Source: Pavona decussata (lineage: Eukaryota). Taken from it: a stretch of DNA of 64,000 nt. Positions 50,855-64,000 of this stretch are shown here, one piece after another. Position 1 is the first letter of the stretch. Every line of letters begins with the position of its first letter. Below the pieces are notes generated by a model. That model was not told where the DNA came from. It made no database searches and worked only from the letters and a program-made list of their open reading frames with translations. The translations under genes were made by a program, and so were the position numbers. The stretch spans positions 496,001 through 560,000 of the forward strand of contig CDRNST010000002.1 in assembly GCA_977016875.1 (NCBI GenBank). The letters run 5' to 3'.

Positions 50855-50902
50855 CAACTTACCATATTAAGCAGCAGTTAAATGTCAACTCCTTTGAGAG
50901 AA

Positions 50903-50996
50903 TCTCTGTGAACGAGAGATCATGAAGACTTTTGATAAAACCCTATGCTTGGAGCAGTCAAGAGTTGGAAGCAAAATTCATCTTGTTTTGCAGAGA
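50903..50996 (+). promoter_or_regulatory. Eukaryotic SECIS element (form 2-like) in the 3' UTR
   Basis: AUGA at 50922-50925. Helix II GACUUUUGAU (50927-50936) pairs fully with GUCAAGAGUU (50957-50966). Unpaired AAAA at 50937-50940; 3' GGAA (GA at 50968-50969). Helix I UCUCUG/CAGAGA and AACGAGA/UCUUGUU. Confidence 0.85.
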
Positions 50997-51525
50997 AAAA
51001 TGGCATGTGACCGAACAGTTTTAAAATTTTATGCACCACATAGTTATTGACCAGTACACATTGAAGACACTTTTTTCACATATTAATTTTACCAAATGGG
51101 TTGACAGTCCATTGTAATTTGTGTAGTAGATTACTCTGAAACATGGCAGCATGTATGTTGTCCTCTGAAATGACACACGAGGAAACATCTGCAAAAATTA
51201 AATACTGGTGGTATGACAGTACACGTGTACTACGATTGCGGTTCATGTACATCGTAAGTTTTTGAACCAGTACAAGTGGGACAAACTTTGCTGAATAATT
51301 GCATAGCATTACGTGAACTGTATTCAATTTTTACAGGTGTTCCTCAGATGTCAGATTCTAAGTTGTGTGAATGTTGAATCTTTCTACATGTATTTCTGCT
51401 AAGAATGACTGGAAACATTCGTTTTCACTTTATTATTTTTATTGACAAAGCTGGAATAATAATATTATTTTATGTCTGTACAAATGCATGTTGTATATTG
51501 TACCTCGTACAAAATTCTCTAATAC

Positions 51526-51531
51526 AATAAA
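51526..51531 (+). terminator. Candidate polyadenylation signal of the C18orf32-like gene
   Basis: AATAAA about 670 nt after the stop codon and downstream of the SECIS. Confidence 0.45.
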
Positions 51532-52348
51532 ACTAATAATATAATATGGGTAGCCAGTTTGTAAAGAACAGTAATTAAATATATACTCTGTTACTCGTGT
51601 TTTATTCAATTTACCATGCCTTCAAAAAGATGTAGAGGTTCATCTGTTTTTGCAAATCACTGACATTGATTTTGTGTTTTTTTCATTTTATTTTTGGAAT
51701 GTAGTCCTCTCATCTCATTTTTAAAACTACATGTATTAATTATCTCCATTTATAGTTAAAGGGTCACACTTGTAACAAAACAGTAAAGTGCCCTCACATT
51801 GGCTATTGTTGAATGGGACCTGTTAGTTATACAGTCAAGGTTTACCATTCAAATGAAAGCGTTTGAAAACATTTTGATACTTTGCTTTCAGTAGCAGTTG
51901 TGGTGTGACACAAACAGGACAACTGGTCACTCGGTATCTTGCCAACCCTTTTGCTATATTCAGGTACAATCCACAGCCGTACGGAAAAAAAGATGGCGAC
52001 TAGTACATTCACCCATATTTATAATTCTTAGCATGCAAAAACCCAAAAATTCTAATAAAAATGCACAGAAAGTTCTACAAACTTCAAACCTACATAGCAT
52101 GACACAATGTTAGTACCTGGATGAGTTCATAAAAATATGGTTTTCCATGCATCTATTGGCTGTGTTAGGTTTGCAAGGTATTGTGGTAAAAATTAATGCA
52201 CAGCCACCATCTTTTTCTATGAGGCGGATTTTAACAAGTCAGTTACATGTATTGATCCTTGGTAGAAAAAATTATATATAGTCCTCTAGTTGCGGGTGAA
52301 ATCCAATGAAATTTTTTATTTCAGTGGAATTTCAATCGAGATTTATAA

Positions 52349-52494
52349 TGGTAATTGAACTGAGTGGAGTGCAATTTGGTCTGAAATCATACGCATGATT
52401 TCAAAATCAAACGAGCGCGCACCGCAAGTTTGATTTGAAATCACAAGTATGATTTCAGACCAAAATTGCACAACACAACTTAGTTCAATTACCA
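52349..52494. repeat. Inverted-repeat element
   Basis: tggtaattgaact...gcaatttggtctgaaatcatac / gtatgatttcagaccaaaattgc...agttcaattacca. Confidence 0.65.
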
Positions 52495-53625
52495 CTTTAT
52501 TACATCTATTTTGAAATCACAGAGTATCATTGTTAATATTAATATTCTATTTTTGTTACTTCATTTCCATTTTGATGGGCTAAAGAAAAGATGCGATTTA
52601 GAGCAAAATATGGTGCAATTTGGGAATAAATCGCACTGTTGAGAGCCAATCAGATTGCAGGGATCACCAGTGATTTCAAAATGGGTGTAATAAAGATGAT
52701 TATTTATACAGATGCATGCGGTATTTGAGTTGTTTGGAATACAATTCAAGTTTCAGGTAAGAATTAACCCTCTCTAACTTTTAGGTCTTCACCTCTCAAA
52801 GTGAAGAGGTTATTCGTTGGTTATATAATTTGGTTATGTGAGTTATTTCATGCAACTTTCTCCAGTTTTTCTGGACCCAAAATCATCTGTTGCAAATGAA
52901 GTGCGGGTGAGAAGTTGGTTAAGGTGTATGTTAACAATAGTTCCTGCCAAATTCACTGACCTTTCACTAGTATGAATGAGAAAGGAAAGGTTTTCGTCGC
53001 AAAATGTGTTGTTAACAGTTTATAGAACTACTTTTGGTAGCTTGCTATCGACTAAGATTCAGTGGTAGTAAAGAACCAGGGCTATTTTTCATTAACAGTG
53101 AATACTGTACGATACTGTTGAGTGAATACGGTACTGTACGATACTGAATAAGGTGGAATGCTTGGAGAATCTTGAGCCCTTTCGGTGCGGACCCATGACA
53201 CCACTCATTTTTTTCCTTTGTCTGTCTTGTTCTGGGTTAACAAGTCCACTTGATGCCCACTGATATTTATTTCTCCGAGGTTTCGACGAAGTCTCCTGCC
53301 ATTTGGAGGAAGATTTCAGTAGATCAGTAATCTAGGTACTAGTTGAATCTCAGCATTTTTATACCCAGTAAATATACCTATCATTGGGTACTAGCTGCGT
53401 GGAAGTTCAGCTTTAATGCCAGCTCCGTTGGGTTCTGTTTTGTCCTGACAACGTTCAAATAATCCTTTTTTTTTTCATACTTCTTCCTTTGTCGCATCTC
53501 TATAATTATATATTGTTTATCTAAGCATACGTTTCCCTCTTCTGATCCATCACAGTCTGTTTTATAGATTGATCGACCATCGCAATCGAAAGTTGATAGC
53601 CACATGCCAATCACTACTGTACAGG

Positions 53626-56600
53626 TCAATGCCGTCTTTCACAACTGTTGCAACACATCCTGCGGTAATGTGAATACTGACAAAAGTTGGCTTGTATGAC
53701 GTAAAAACATATACCGCGACTGTAAATATCATTGCAGTTTTTGAGTTGCGCTAATCTTTGAGCTGACGTTGGGCAGGGCTTGTTGTTACAGCGTTGATAG
53801 TGGAAAGGCTTGTTTCTTGAGCTGCAGGCTTTAGACGCTTGGCCTTCGTGATCAAAGCACATCACCTTTCTCACTTGACTTCCACCCCCACATGATCTAG
53901 AACACTGCGAAGAAGTAGACAAAAGCGATATTGTAAATACTTTTCTCGTGCAAATAATGCCTTAGATCGACTAATAAATATAGAAAATTTCATTTGCAAA
54001 TCAGAGAAAGCAATTATCGGCGCCACTCAGTAATGGGGATTTCAGCCATACACCATGTAACAGCCCCTCTGAGTAAAGTACTACTAAATATCTTTCGCTT
54101 GAATGATCCACAACCCCAAGTTAGATTAAATTTTCTTAGACTGAGATTCATTGGTCTAGAATCCTCCTTTGGTGCTGCATAGCTGAGGTGTCCTTGCTGT
54201 AATAGTACTAGTCGTTATTCAGTTTAGTTGTCTTATATAAATCAAAAGGAGAACCCTACCCCCTCCCCTCCTCCCCTCCTTCCTCAAGGTCGCAACCTAG
54301 CCTCTTATTGGTAGAGAAGTCATTTCTCTCAAATGTAGAATGCTCGGTAACTTGAAATTTCTCATTTGCTGAGATCGAGATTACCACGTTCTCCATGTCT
54401 AAAAACGAGATAACGTACGGATTGATAAGTAGGCTCAATCGCATGGGCTAACTTATATACGTTACAATTTTTCGGCCGATTTCCTTTTCTGTTGGTCTAG
54501 CGAGGGGTGAAAATCGGCTAGACAAAAATATTGTAGCACTCCTCTCACTTATTTTCTTTGTTTATTGCATTGGTATGTGTAGATTAGCCTTAATATTAAT
54601 TGAACACAGTACCTCGTCCCATTTTGTCGCGAACCACTGTGGTTCACAGGAATTGCTGCCACACGGTTGAACCCTTGTTGGTTTTGAGTTTAGTGGACAA
54701 GACGCGTCTGGAAATTCTTGGTACATGCCACCGACCATACCGGCGCAAAACACTGTTCTAACCTGTGTCCCTGTTCCACACTCGACAGAACACTACAAAG
54801 AGGAGAGCTAGGTTAGAGTGCTGTTAAGCTTGTGCAAGGGTTGATATATTTACTGTCTTCACTTCTGATAGTACAATAATTCTGAGACATTTTGCCATCA
54901 GGTCAATGACCCTAAGGTAGTTTACGACCCGATCGTGAACAGAAATCACTTCTTGTTCTTCTTGTGCCCTTTAGAAATACTGGTTCCGACCTCAACAGGG
55001 GCGGTAAAGTTAAGGAGTCGACATGACCGGGACGGTCTTAAGAAAGTTTAAAACGTGGAGGGCCACTCAGAAATCTACCTAACGCCAAATGTCTGTCAAA
55101 TGTCTGTTTAAAATTGTTCGCCTCAGTGATGCAAATGTGTTCTGCAACAATAATCGTTCTTTTTTCAACCTTTGCTTTAGTAACGGAACCTTATGGGGGT
55201 ACAGATAATGGAGGGGAACATTGAAACATTTGTGCAATTCTGTTGGCTGAACATTTTTTTTTCCGTAGTTGTTTTACCTTACTCCACTCTGATGCCACCC
55301 ACACTGCCTGGCATTGGCCACTGTCACATGGTCTGGTGGAGCTGGGTTTCGTGGCGTGGGAGCAGTGAGCAGACGGCAGGGTATCACCTCCCTTCCTTCC
55401 ACAGAAAACCGCACGACTTTGCTGTCCTTTGCCACAAGGAACTGAACACTATGTAGACAGAATGGCCATTTTAAAAGCATGAACAGAATGAACCCAGTAA
55501 TGGATAGATGGAGGGGATTAGTGGATGGCTACCCTCGAATGAGGAGGCTAAATAGCGATTATGGCTCTTTCTTCTTCAACTGTTTGAATTATTTGATAGT
55601 TGTCTGCCATTTATACGGATCGGGTTTCAAAAGTTATTTGCCAACGGGCAAACGATTGAAACTTTAAGTTATAGGAGATGCAAAAGGTAAATGCGCAGGA
55701 AACTTAGGTCATCCCAACCCGGTGCCCATAACGTCTGTGAACAATCCAATAAGGACATACCCAGTTACAATCCGTAACGTGCTGAGTCAAAAGCACCCTG
55801 ATACCAGAGGGTTTCTTTCTTCTTTGTCCTGAAACAAAACTAATTGAGCCGCGAAACAACGACAACATGCTGCGAGTCTTATCCCGGCGGTGGTTTACGT
55901 AGAGTCCCTATATTTTGTCTCAACTCGGTATGCACATCTCACAAACTGCGCTAAACTAGGTTTGCACTTTTCAAAGCTGCATCGTAGAGAGTAAAGGAGC
56001 AGTTTTTTTTAATCAGGCAAAATGGCCATTCTCAATCAGTACGATTTTTCCTAGTTGTATGCTGAAACGGAAACTATGTTCTTCATTTTGCACAGCTGCT
56101 GATCATGACCGGTTTAGATCACCATTCATTTCGTCCATGACAGCTTGTTTGAATGTATTATAGCGTTATAGTGCACTTACTTGTGACCACTTATGGCCGG
56201 CAAACCAGTCAGTCTTGCACGAGCCGGCAAAGCAGGATTGAGTCACCGATGGCTTGGGACTGCGCCCACAATAACTCTCACTCACGGTGCGATTGTTGAT
56301 GTCCATACAACGTACGACTCGCTGCTTGAATCCCCTTTCGCAAGTCACGGAACACTGCAAAAATGAAGAAGGAACTAACAAATTAAGATGGAGAATCAAC
56401 TTAGAGCATGATCACCAAATTTTCCATAACACTGTCGGGAGACGAGTGTTAGGGCGGATGATATTTGGACCGTCAAAACGGCTTCGCACAAAAGACGAAC
56501 AACTGAAGTGTTCTGCTTTACACCTGTACGAAAATGCAAACTAGAACTTTTGTAACATGGGAAAAATTAATGTCTTAACACTATCTAGGGACACAAAAAG

Positions 56601-59600
56601 TTATTCTAAGAATCTTGCTTACATTTTCTTCTTGGGTGCTCTATTTTAAAATCCCACAGAGTAGAAAATAATTTCAAATTGGCAATCTCTAAGTACAAGT
56701 CCATGCCTATATATGAGTAATTACGCGCCCTGATTGGTTCACAAGAATTAAAATGAGTATAAATGAGTACCGTGCTCCACTCTCCGACTGTCCAGTTCGC
56801 TGGAGGAGGACATGTTTGTAGGTTGCAGTTACGGCTAGGGGTAGGTCGTTCCGAATGACGGCAGTAGCTGATTGGTAACATCTGCTGCTGCCTCCTGCCG
56901 TTATTATCAACAAGCTGCTTACAAAGAAGGCTTCTGATCTGCAAACCAGCTCCACATGTCTTCGAGCACTTACCCCAAGCACCAGGCTCCCACCTGTATT
57001 CAAAGCATAAGGTTACGTTATATCCATGCCCAATCAACTCCAGACATGCCCTGCAGTGGCTAATCGGTGCCTGTGCTCATCGCCAGGTTCTGCAAAGTTG
57101 CATGACTCCCACCACAAGTAGTAAAACTCTAACTTGTAACTAACACCATTGGAAGGGGACACTTCCCTCTCTCAGGCTATTTCAGCATTTTTTAAGGTTC
57201 TACTGATGTTACTTACGAGGACAGCACACAAACAAGAGATCTATGCAGACCTGACACTTGTGGTATAAACTTAAGAGTTAAGAAGAATTAAACGGAAACA
57301 AAGACAAGCGACATGATATAAAGGCTGAGTTTGGAGGAGATATCGTGGCCATTATTTGGAAGAAAAGAAAAAGAACCGGAAAAAATAAACAATCTTGTTC
57401 CGATTGTTAAACTTTGAAAAAAAAAAAAAGATATTGAAATGGGTTTTAAAGAATTTATACAAGATTTTGAGGTAATTCGACCGATTTCGGAACATTTAAT
57501 TGTGTCCCGGTCTTGGCCCCAGCTTGAGAGACATGTTTGTATTTTTTACCTTGGTGGGCAAGGCGGTAGGTTACAGACTCGCTGCCTCTGCGCTGGTTTT
57601 AAGTTCCCCTGGCACAATGACTGTTCAACAACTGAGTTATCCGCCGTCGAAACACATTGATGTACTGTTTTCTGAATGCCTATAGAAAAAACAAAGGCTG
57701 TTTACCGTGTGCACTAGAAATCCGGACATTTTAGCTCGAAATTAAATGGATTCCGAGGTAACTCCAAAAGTACACTCCTCTTTTCCTAGCGAGAAGGAAA
57801 AATTCCGTACCATTTATTGACTTTTCTTTAGTCAAGGGGAGTTTCGTCGAATACAGAAAGTCTTAAAGCCAGTAACAATAGACTTTTTCACACATCGTGG
57901 ACTATAGGCAAGCCTACAACAAGTGGTGGTAACTTAACTTGGTACAATAACTCTCATAAAACATTCCGCTCTTACGTTGAACAAACGAGGTTCGGTTAAC
58001 GAGGAATTAAATCACATACCTCCAGCACAGGAGTGGGTGCACTGTGTGAATCCTGTAAGTCTCCAAGCATATGTCTGTCGGTTGGGTGTTGGTTGGGTAG
58101 GCTGTGCCTGCACGCCTCTGTGACCAAGAGGAACGGGTTCTGCTGGCTGTTGCTGTTCTCGTTGATACTGTATATTTGGGTAGTCTTTAGGAAGAAGATA
58201 CGAGTACATGATCTGGGGCTCGTCATCTTGATAAAGTAACTGCCAACAAAAGGAGGAAAGAAAAACATTACCCGTGGAAGTAAAATAAATATTTCTTCTT
58301 CCTGACAATCGCATTGAAAGAGTTGCTGAATGCAATATGCGATATTTCGGCATTGCCTTCCAAAGATGTCTGAATAGGTCCAACAAAAATTGTAAATCCA
58401 TTTTTAATGGTATTTTTACATCTGAAGTCATTACAATATAATTAATTTCCGCATACATCATTATCGCTAATTTCCATTTATCCTTACGAATTATACGCAC
58501 GTGCGCTATCTCCACTGGTAATAAGATGCCCTCTGTTCGTTCTGCCTGAGAGGGCCGGAGTCTGGATTGAACTCCAAGGGTTTTGGGAACGTACTGCTCG
58601 TTTACGTCAGTTAAGTGAGTGTGTGTATAATATGAAGTTTTAATGCTCCGTTACCGTCTCCTCACCATAATATCAAGATCTTCAGTAGTTGGTCCATCAG
58701 CTATGAAGGACTCTTCACCTCCTTTATTTCTGCGAGGTCTTGAATAATAAACTGTCGTGCCTGCCACCTCATATCCTTTCGGTAAATCGATAACCCAGTT
58801 CCCATTGATATAGTATTTGTTTGAGTCGTGCGACTTGAGAGCTGAAAAACAGAATGTAATATAACCAAATATTAGTTACCTCCAGCCATTTACCTGCTCC
58901 ATTCTCTCGGACACATTTAATTTAATCACTTTTTCTAAGATTAAAATAGCGGCGTTCAGTGATACACGACTGACCTCGGCCGTATACAGACATAAAATAA
59001 AATAAAATAAAATAAAATAATAGATAGGAATTTTAGTGACACATCCACAGAGCGCGTGGGCTATTCGTCCACTGTTTCCAGGTCGAATTGGAATTTAGAA
59101 ATGTTGGTTTTTGTGGAAGGAGGAAAACTGGAGTACCCGGAGAAAAACCCTCGGAGCAGGGATGAGAACCAACAACAAACTCAACATGGCATCAACTCCG
59201 GGAATCGAACCCGGGCCTCGTTGATTGGAGGCGATCGAGTGCTCTCACCACTGCGCCATCCCTGCTCCTTATGAAATGAGCATTGGGAACATTAAAGCAA
59301 GCAGTACCTTTATTGAGAAGGTCTGCTGCAACGACGATCTCTTTCACGATTAACCTTTGTGCGCAAATTTATTTTAAAATATACGATTATGCTCATTTCG
59401 AAATGACTCGCGTTCCAGTGCCTGGGGGATTAGCTCAAATGGTAGAGCGCCCGCTTCGCATGCGGGAGGTACCGGGATCGACACCCGGGTTCTCCAAACT
59501 CTGTCTTTTTTTCCCTTTTTCTCACTCAGAATTTTATATAGTGTGATGCGCTAAAACCTAAAGAAAAAACAGATAAATGTACAATAGCGTTTGCTTATTT

Positions 59601-62200
59601 CGCATTTAAAACATTTTTCTTACGTTTTAGCTCCCTTCATATTTAATTCGAAGGGCATTTCAAGAGGATAAAATGCTCCAAAGAGTTATGGGATTGAATA
59701 GGTAAGCTTGGGAAAGAGAACGAACTGGTGAGCGGGGCTTAAGTCAGATGGTAGAGCACCTGCTTAGCGAAAGGTGCAGAGATTGACGGCCGGATCCTCG
59801 AGTCAAATATCTTTACCCTGCAAGTGAGACAGTTTCCTAAAATATGTAAGAAAAAACGTGTGTTTTCTTATTTTTAATGATTTGATTTTAATTCATGACA
59901 TTCTTAAGCTTACATCATTATCGAGTGGAACAATGGGGCAAACCTTTCCAACATTGCGGTTACAAACAGCAGAATAGAATAGTTTTATCATATTATTCTT
60001 CAGAATGATAATTTAATTGATTTTCGGGAACTAACAGGCACTAAGTATTGCAGGAAAAACTTACCTAAATAGTTCTTGCTTCTCCGGGTCTCTGTAACGT
60101 TAATCTTGGTGGCACCAGCAGGTATTGTTATTACAGGATTGTAACCTAAAACTATGAAAGGGATGGAGGTACGTACATCAGTAATGTATCTGAATAATGT
60201 CCCAAGGACCTGGAGTACTATCTCTTTTCGAGTATGCGTCTTATGGGAACAATGTTTACCTGGCAATGAACATGGAAAACTTGCAGTAAACCCAGAAATT
60301 GTACCGGTGCAGTATTGGATGCAAACTTTGGACAAAATTAAATTCCGTGACAAAATTTGCACCATTATTTCATACGAATACAGTTACTTCCACAGTTCTG
60401 CAACGTTAAGGTATTCAATTTGCTTCAAAAAGATTTGAACCTAGAAGGAATTGAAAGTTATAGAAGAGAAGAAGAAGAACCTTTTTTGATTTATACCGCT
60501 CAGGGTAGCCCCTTCAGATGCAAAATACCAGATAGGCGCTCTTATGTTCGGATAGTTGCTCGGTGTTACATTATACAAAAAGGAAGGCCTACAGTATTAC
60601 CCTTAATTCAAATTACCGGCACTGGATCTATCGGGTCCACTAACATGAAAACATAGCCTGTATTGACTTGAGCAAGCATGGGAACTGATTAATTAATTAC
60701 AAAAACTAAATAATAACAACATCTAGGTAGGCGTACTTAAATGTCCTCGCACAACGTCTCTGGATGTGAACACGCCGGACCGTCTTTGCTTTGGTGTCGA
60801 GACAAAACATCCGCCATTTTTACATTCTAGCGGCAGCTCCTGGAAATGAAAAGAGGGATGTGAAGAATTTTCTACTTTAAGGAATTACTCACTGCAATAT
60901 TCAGCTACATGGTTGAGCGTATTTCAGTATCTCAATTACTCATCCAACTTACAAGACCTAACATAAATTCATCCTACTGGGTTTGTCTTTTGAGAACGAC
61001 AGAAGAGCTTGTTACAGTGTACATACCTTGCATTTTCCATCAATGCAGACTTTCTTCAGGTCAGTGAGGCAGGGTGTTCCGTCTTTGACTTTAGGTAAGA
61101 GACGAAGGAAAAACATGTGTCCTCTCGCTAGACAATTGAGCTCACACTCATCTTCACGTATACTCTTAACTGAGGAAAAAAGAATATTGGTTGCTAGCAT
61201 AAGTGTCTTTTGCATTGTCCGCGCTACAATCAACATAGAGCGTTTACCACTAGTCAGAGCGTGATGGCCAAACTAGTCATGTAAATGAAAGAATGTATGC
61301 CACTTTGAATGATCAGCCTTTTCTCCATGCCCTCATAACGGCAAATTCTGTCAATAGTGTTCTGTCAAAGGTAGGTTGAAGGGATTTAAATAACTTTTTC
61401 TAATCCAGTACTTCAAACTGATGCATCATTTTGTTTACAATCTAGCTGTTGCGGCCAGCCAGTTCTGACAAGTGTATGCTTTCTACCAACTCAGGATTGC
61501 TGTACAATATATAATGATGAGGATCTGTCCGTTACGTCTCCCTACTAGGTGGTGGAAAATATTGGTTTTTCGAGCCTTATGACAGACCTTTCAGACTTTC
61601 TAAACCGGTACAAAATGCACAACTGAGCAACACTACAACATAAAGATGTATCATCCTTAACATGCATCCATACGCCCGGCCTCGTTATCTTCAGGTTTAT
61701 CAAATCCAGTGAGAACAGTGACGTGGTGGTCTGATGGTCATTCCTTGATGAACAGGGTTGGCAAGAAACCTGGTGTTTGCCATCCTTCGCTCCTTTGGTA
61801 AAAAACGTTTCTTTTTTGATAAATGAGAGACTGTAGACATTTATGACATCCCATGTATTCCACTTCCATCGTTTCTTCTTTATAGCGTCTTTCTCCACCC
61901 ATCAAGGATGGGCGTTAAAGAAACGGGACTGAATGCTGCATTCGGTTACTTTCGATGGTGAACTACCAGCAATACAACTAATCGTTTTAGTCAGAAGTGT
62001 TCTTGTACTTCCTTGCCACTTAACGCGTTTCCACCTATGCTTACTTCGTAAGAACCGCCCTTTTAGCTAGTCTTACCTCTCAAGTAAGGCACCCATTTAA
62101 AGAAGTAACCATTGAAGGAAGTATTGTCAAACTTTCTGCACTGCTCGGCTCTGGCCTGAATGGCAATTTTCCGAGTTATCTTAGGAGGCTGGTAACATTT
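53626..62200 (-). CDS. ADAMTS-like secreted protein (THSD4/ADAMTSL4-like: Cys-rich, spacer, TSP1 repeats, PLAC); 5' end not resolved in the window
   Basis: 12 phase-consistent exons: 62077-62200, 61027-61169, 60737-60839, 60065-60145, 58666-58841, 58020-58239, 57550-57679, 56771-56993, 56181-56354, 55278-55448, 54613-54792, 53626-53904. Motifs: RAEQC..F..WVPY, CELNCLARG..KVKDGTPC, IPAGATKINV..NYLALK..YYINGNW..GPTTEDL, six WxxCSxxCG-type TSP1 repeats, PLAC CQYSHYRRMCCNSC. Confidence 0.9.
58993..59268 (-). mobile_element. tRNA-derived SINE
   Basis: Minus-strand head with A box (TGGCGCAGTGG) and B box (GGTTCGATTCC), a body, and a simple-repeat tail (taaaa)n. Confidence 0.65.
59424..59496 (+). 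tRNA. tRNA-Ala(CGC), intronic and antisense to the ADAMTS-like gene
   Basis: 73-nt cloverleaf with G3:U70 alanine identity pair, anticodon arm CCCGC-TTCGCAT-GCGGG, T arm CCGGG-ATCGACA-CCCGG, and a T-run terminator at ~59507. Confidence 0.93.
59734..59801 (+). pseudogene. Degenerate tRNA-Ala-like copy
   Basis: ggggcttaagtcagatggtagagcacctgcttagcg...gatcctcga resembles tRNA-Ala(AGC), but the anticodon and T stems are broken. Confidence 0.55.
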
Positions 62201-64000
62201 CTGCAAACAAATTGGAAGAACAACAAGACGTTAACGTTTTGAAGTTACAGCCCATTCCGTCTCCTCATTGACATTAAAGACTCTCTTTTAAGATATGGCA
62301 GTTTAAAAATACCTTCAATGGGCTAGGCCTCTATTTAACCTTATGCGTGTTCGTTGGCATCCATCAGTAGCGGTAGACATGGGTCATTTGTATTTTCAGC
62401 CGCGTAATGCTAAAATAGCTGTCATGCCCTCTTAATTAAAGCAACCAACTAACAAGGTCTAGACACCAGAAGGCCGGATTGAGTACTCCGCTCTACCTCG
62501 ATAAGTTTACTAAGATTGCCTCATTTGGGACGTTTCCGCACAGATCAAGCTTCCCTCAGAATTACAGTTACCATTCCTACAAGTGGTATATTTTTCTGAA
62601 CTTTCTAGCTATATGATTTATTGTTCACGTTACGCAACTGTACTCTTCTGACCCGTGACATTGATTATAAGATATGTAAATGCGACAGATCAGACATTCC
62701 GCATTTAAGACTTCAGCAGAAAGTCGAAACTGTATAAAACCGTAGGTCTGCATGATGCCACAACTCCGGGATCACTATTGTTGCTATTTTAGTTTGCTAG
62801 GAAAAGGATTGGGGAGCAAATTTATTTAAAGATATGTAAGAGAACGCTAGTATAGGCTTAATTTCTGCGATCAGCTTTTTCCAGAAAGGGACATTTATCG
62901 GCCGAATTCAGTTAACCCTAATGTAAACTGAGTGATTTCTCACCGAAAAGCGGGCATGATGAGATACTGAAAAATATAACTACAAACAGCAAAAACCGCA
63001 ATGTTCTGACACGATAAGATAATGTAGGAAACAACCACGATAACATCGTGCTTAGGCAGTTGACTCTTTTAAAAAAACAGCATTAATGATTACGCTGTCG
63101 TGACTGTTGTGACGATATTAGAACAAAAGAGAAGGATTCACATTGCCAACTTTACAAGTTCGAAACGTTTCCTATACTGAGAACTTTTGGAGTCAAACCA
63201 TTGATTAGTTTACTTAAAGAACTTTTATCATCAGTTGGAGGTGGTTTACTTGTTTGAATGTTTAGACGAGCATTAATGATTAAATCATGAATGATTATAA
63301 TGCCTTAATCAGCTTAATCAAAGTCCACCTTTTGTGCCGTTGGGCAGGAAAAGATGGGCCCACAATACTTGACTTTAGTTTGATATAGAGCTATTTTTGA
63401 ATACATAGAAATGATGTTTAGTCATCCGTACATGATGTCTGCCTTGCGGCAAGGATGAATTTCACTGGACCAGCCATCCACGACGCAGTAAATGAAGTTG
63501 GCTCCGGCGCAAACGATTAGCAGAGACAAAGAAAAAATCAGCGAAGGAGTCGAAGTCCAAACACCAGCAATCCGATTGGGTTCTTCGCTGGTCATTTCTG
63601 GTAGAGCAATAAAATAACATATTTGTTCAAATTTCAAGAGTATTACAACCACTCCAAGCCGAAAAATTTAGGAGTATGTAAGTACAGTGGTGTAAGGAAA
63701 ATTAAGGCAAATTTCTGACCACAGGTTGTGACTAAGGTTGATATAATACTCTTCCAGATTTAAATTAGGGCCAAATATTTATTTGCTTGATGAAAAGAAA
63801 GCGGATGACTGCATGGTTACATAATAATTGAAATACACTTGGTGAAGAAGGAATCTTAACTATGGAATTGGTGCTCCACCCTTCTGAAACATAAATCGAA
63901 AGGTTTTCGTAACCACGAGATATAGCTGGTGCGACCGCTGTTGGCACCCGGCCCCTATTGCATTAGTGTAACCTTCGTGTTGTAGTTTGCTCTTGGGATG

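Noticed and set aside
63422-63652. Hydrophobic 76-aa ORF as the signal-peptide exon of the ADAMTS-like gene
   Set aside because: It has a plausible acceptor but runs into a stop, with no convincing phase-compatible donor and no first TSP1 repeat. Left unassigned.

Overview
Eukaryotic, AT-rich animal genomic DNA. The repeat content looks anthozoan/coral-like, but that is an inference. Three spliced protein-coding genes were reconstructed by hand from splice sites and reading phase. (1) Minus strand, 48847 to <13: 15 coding exons, 460 aa within the window, encoding a PUB-UBA-coiled-coil-UBX-thioredoxin(WCNLC) protein. (2) Plus strand, head-to-head with gene 1, with only 157 bp between the ATGs: a two-exon, 75-codon C18orf32/UPF0729 homologue. 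Its first conserved Cys codon is an in-frame TGA (MV-U-ISC versus MVCIPC), and its 3' UTR holds a well-formed SECIS hairpin. This candidate selenoprotein is the top finding and is invisible to the ORF track. (3) Minus strand: the 3' part of an ADAMTS-like gene (Cys-rich, spacer, TSP1 repeats, PLAC) with an intronic tRNA-Ala(CGC). Two giant introns of gene 1 (14.1 and 23.5 kb) hold a full-length Tx1/L1-type LINE with a BEL/Pao LTR element nested inside it, and a 41-bp satellite. The satellite carries a five-unit tRNA-like array, two CR1/L2-type fragments and a second BEL/Pao element. Both BEL elements lack a tRNA-type PBS. Instead their PBS position is complementary to their own LTR, and in the second element the 15-nt match forms only after an LTR intron is spliced out.
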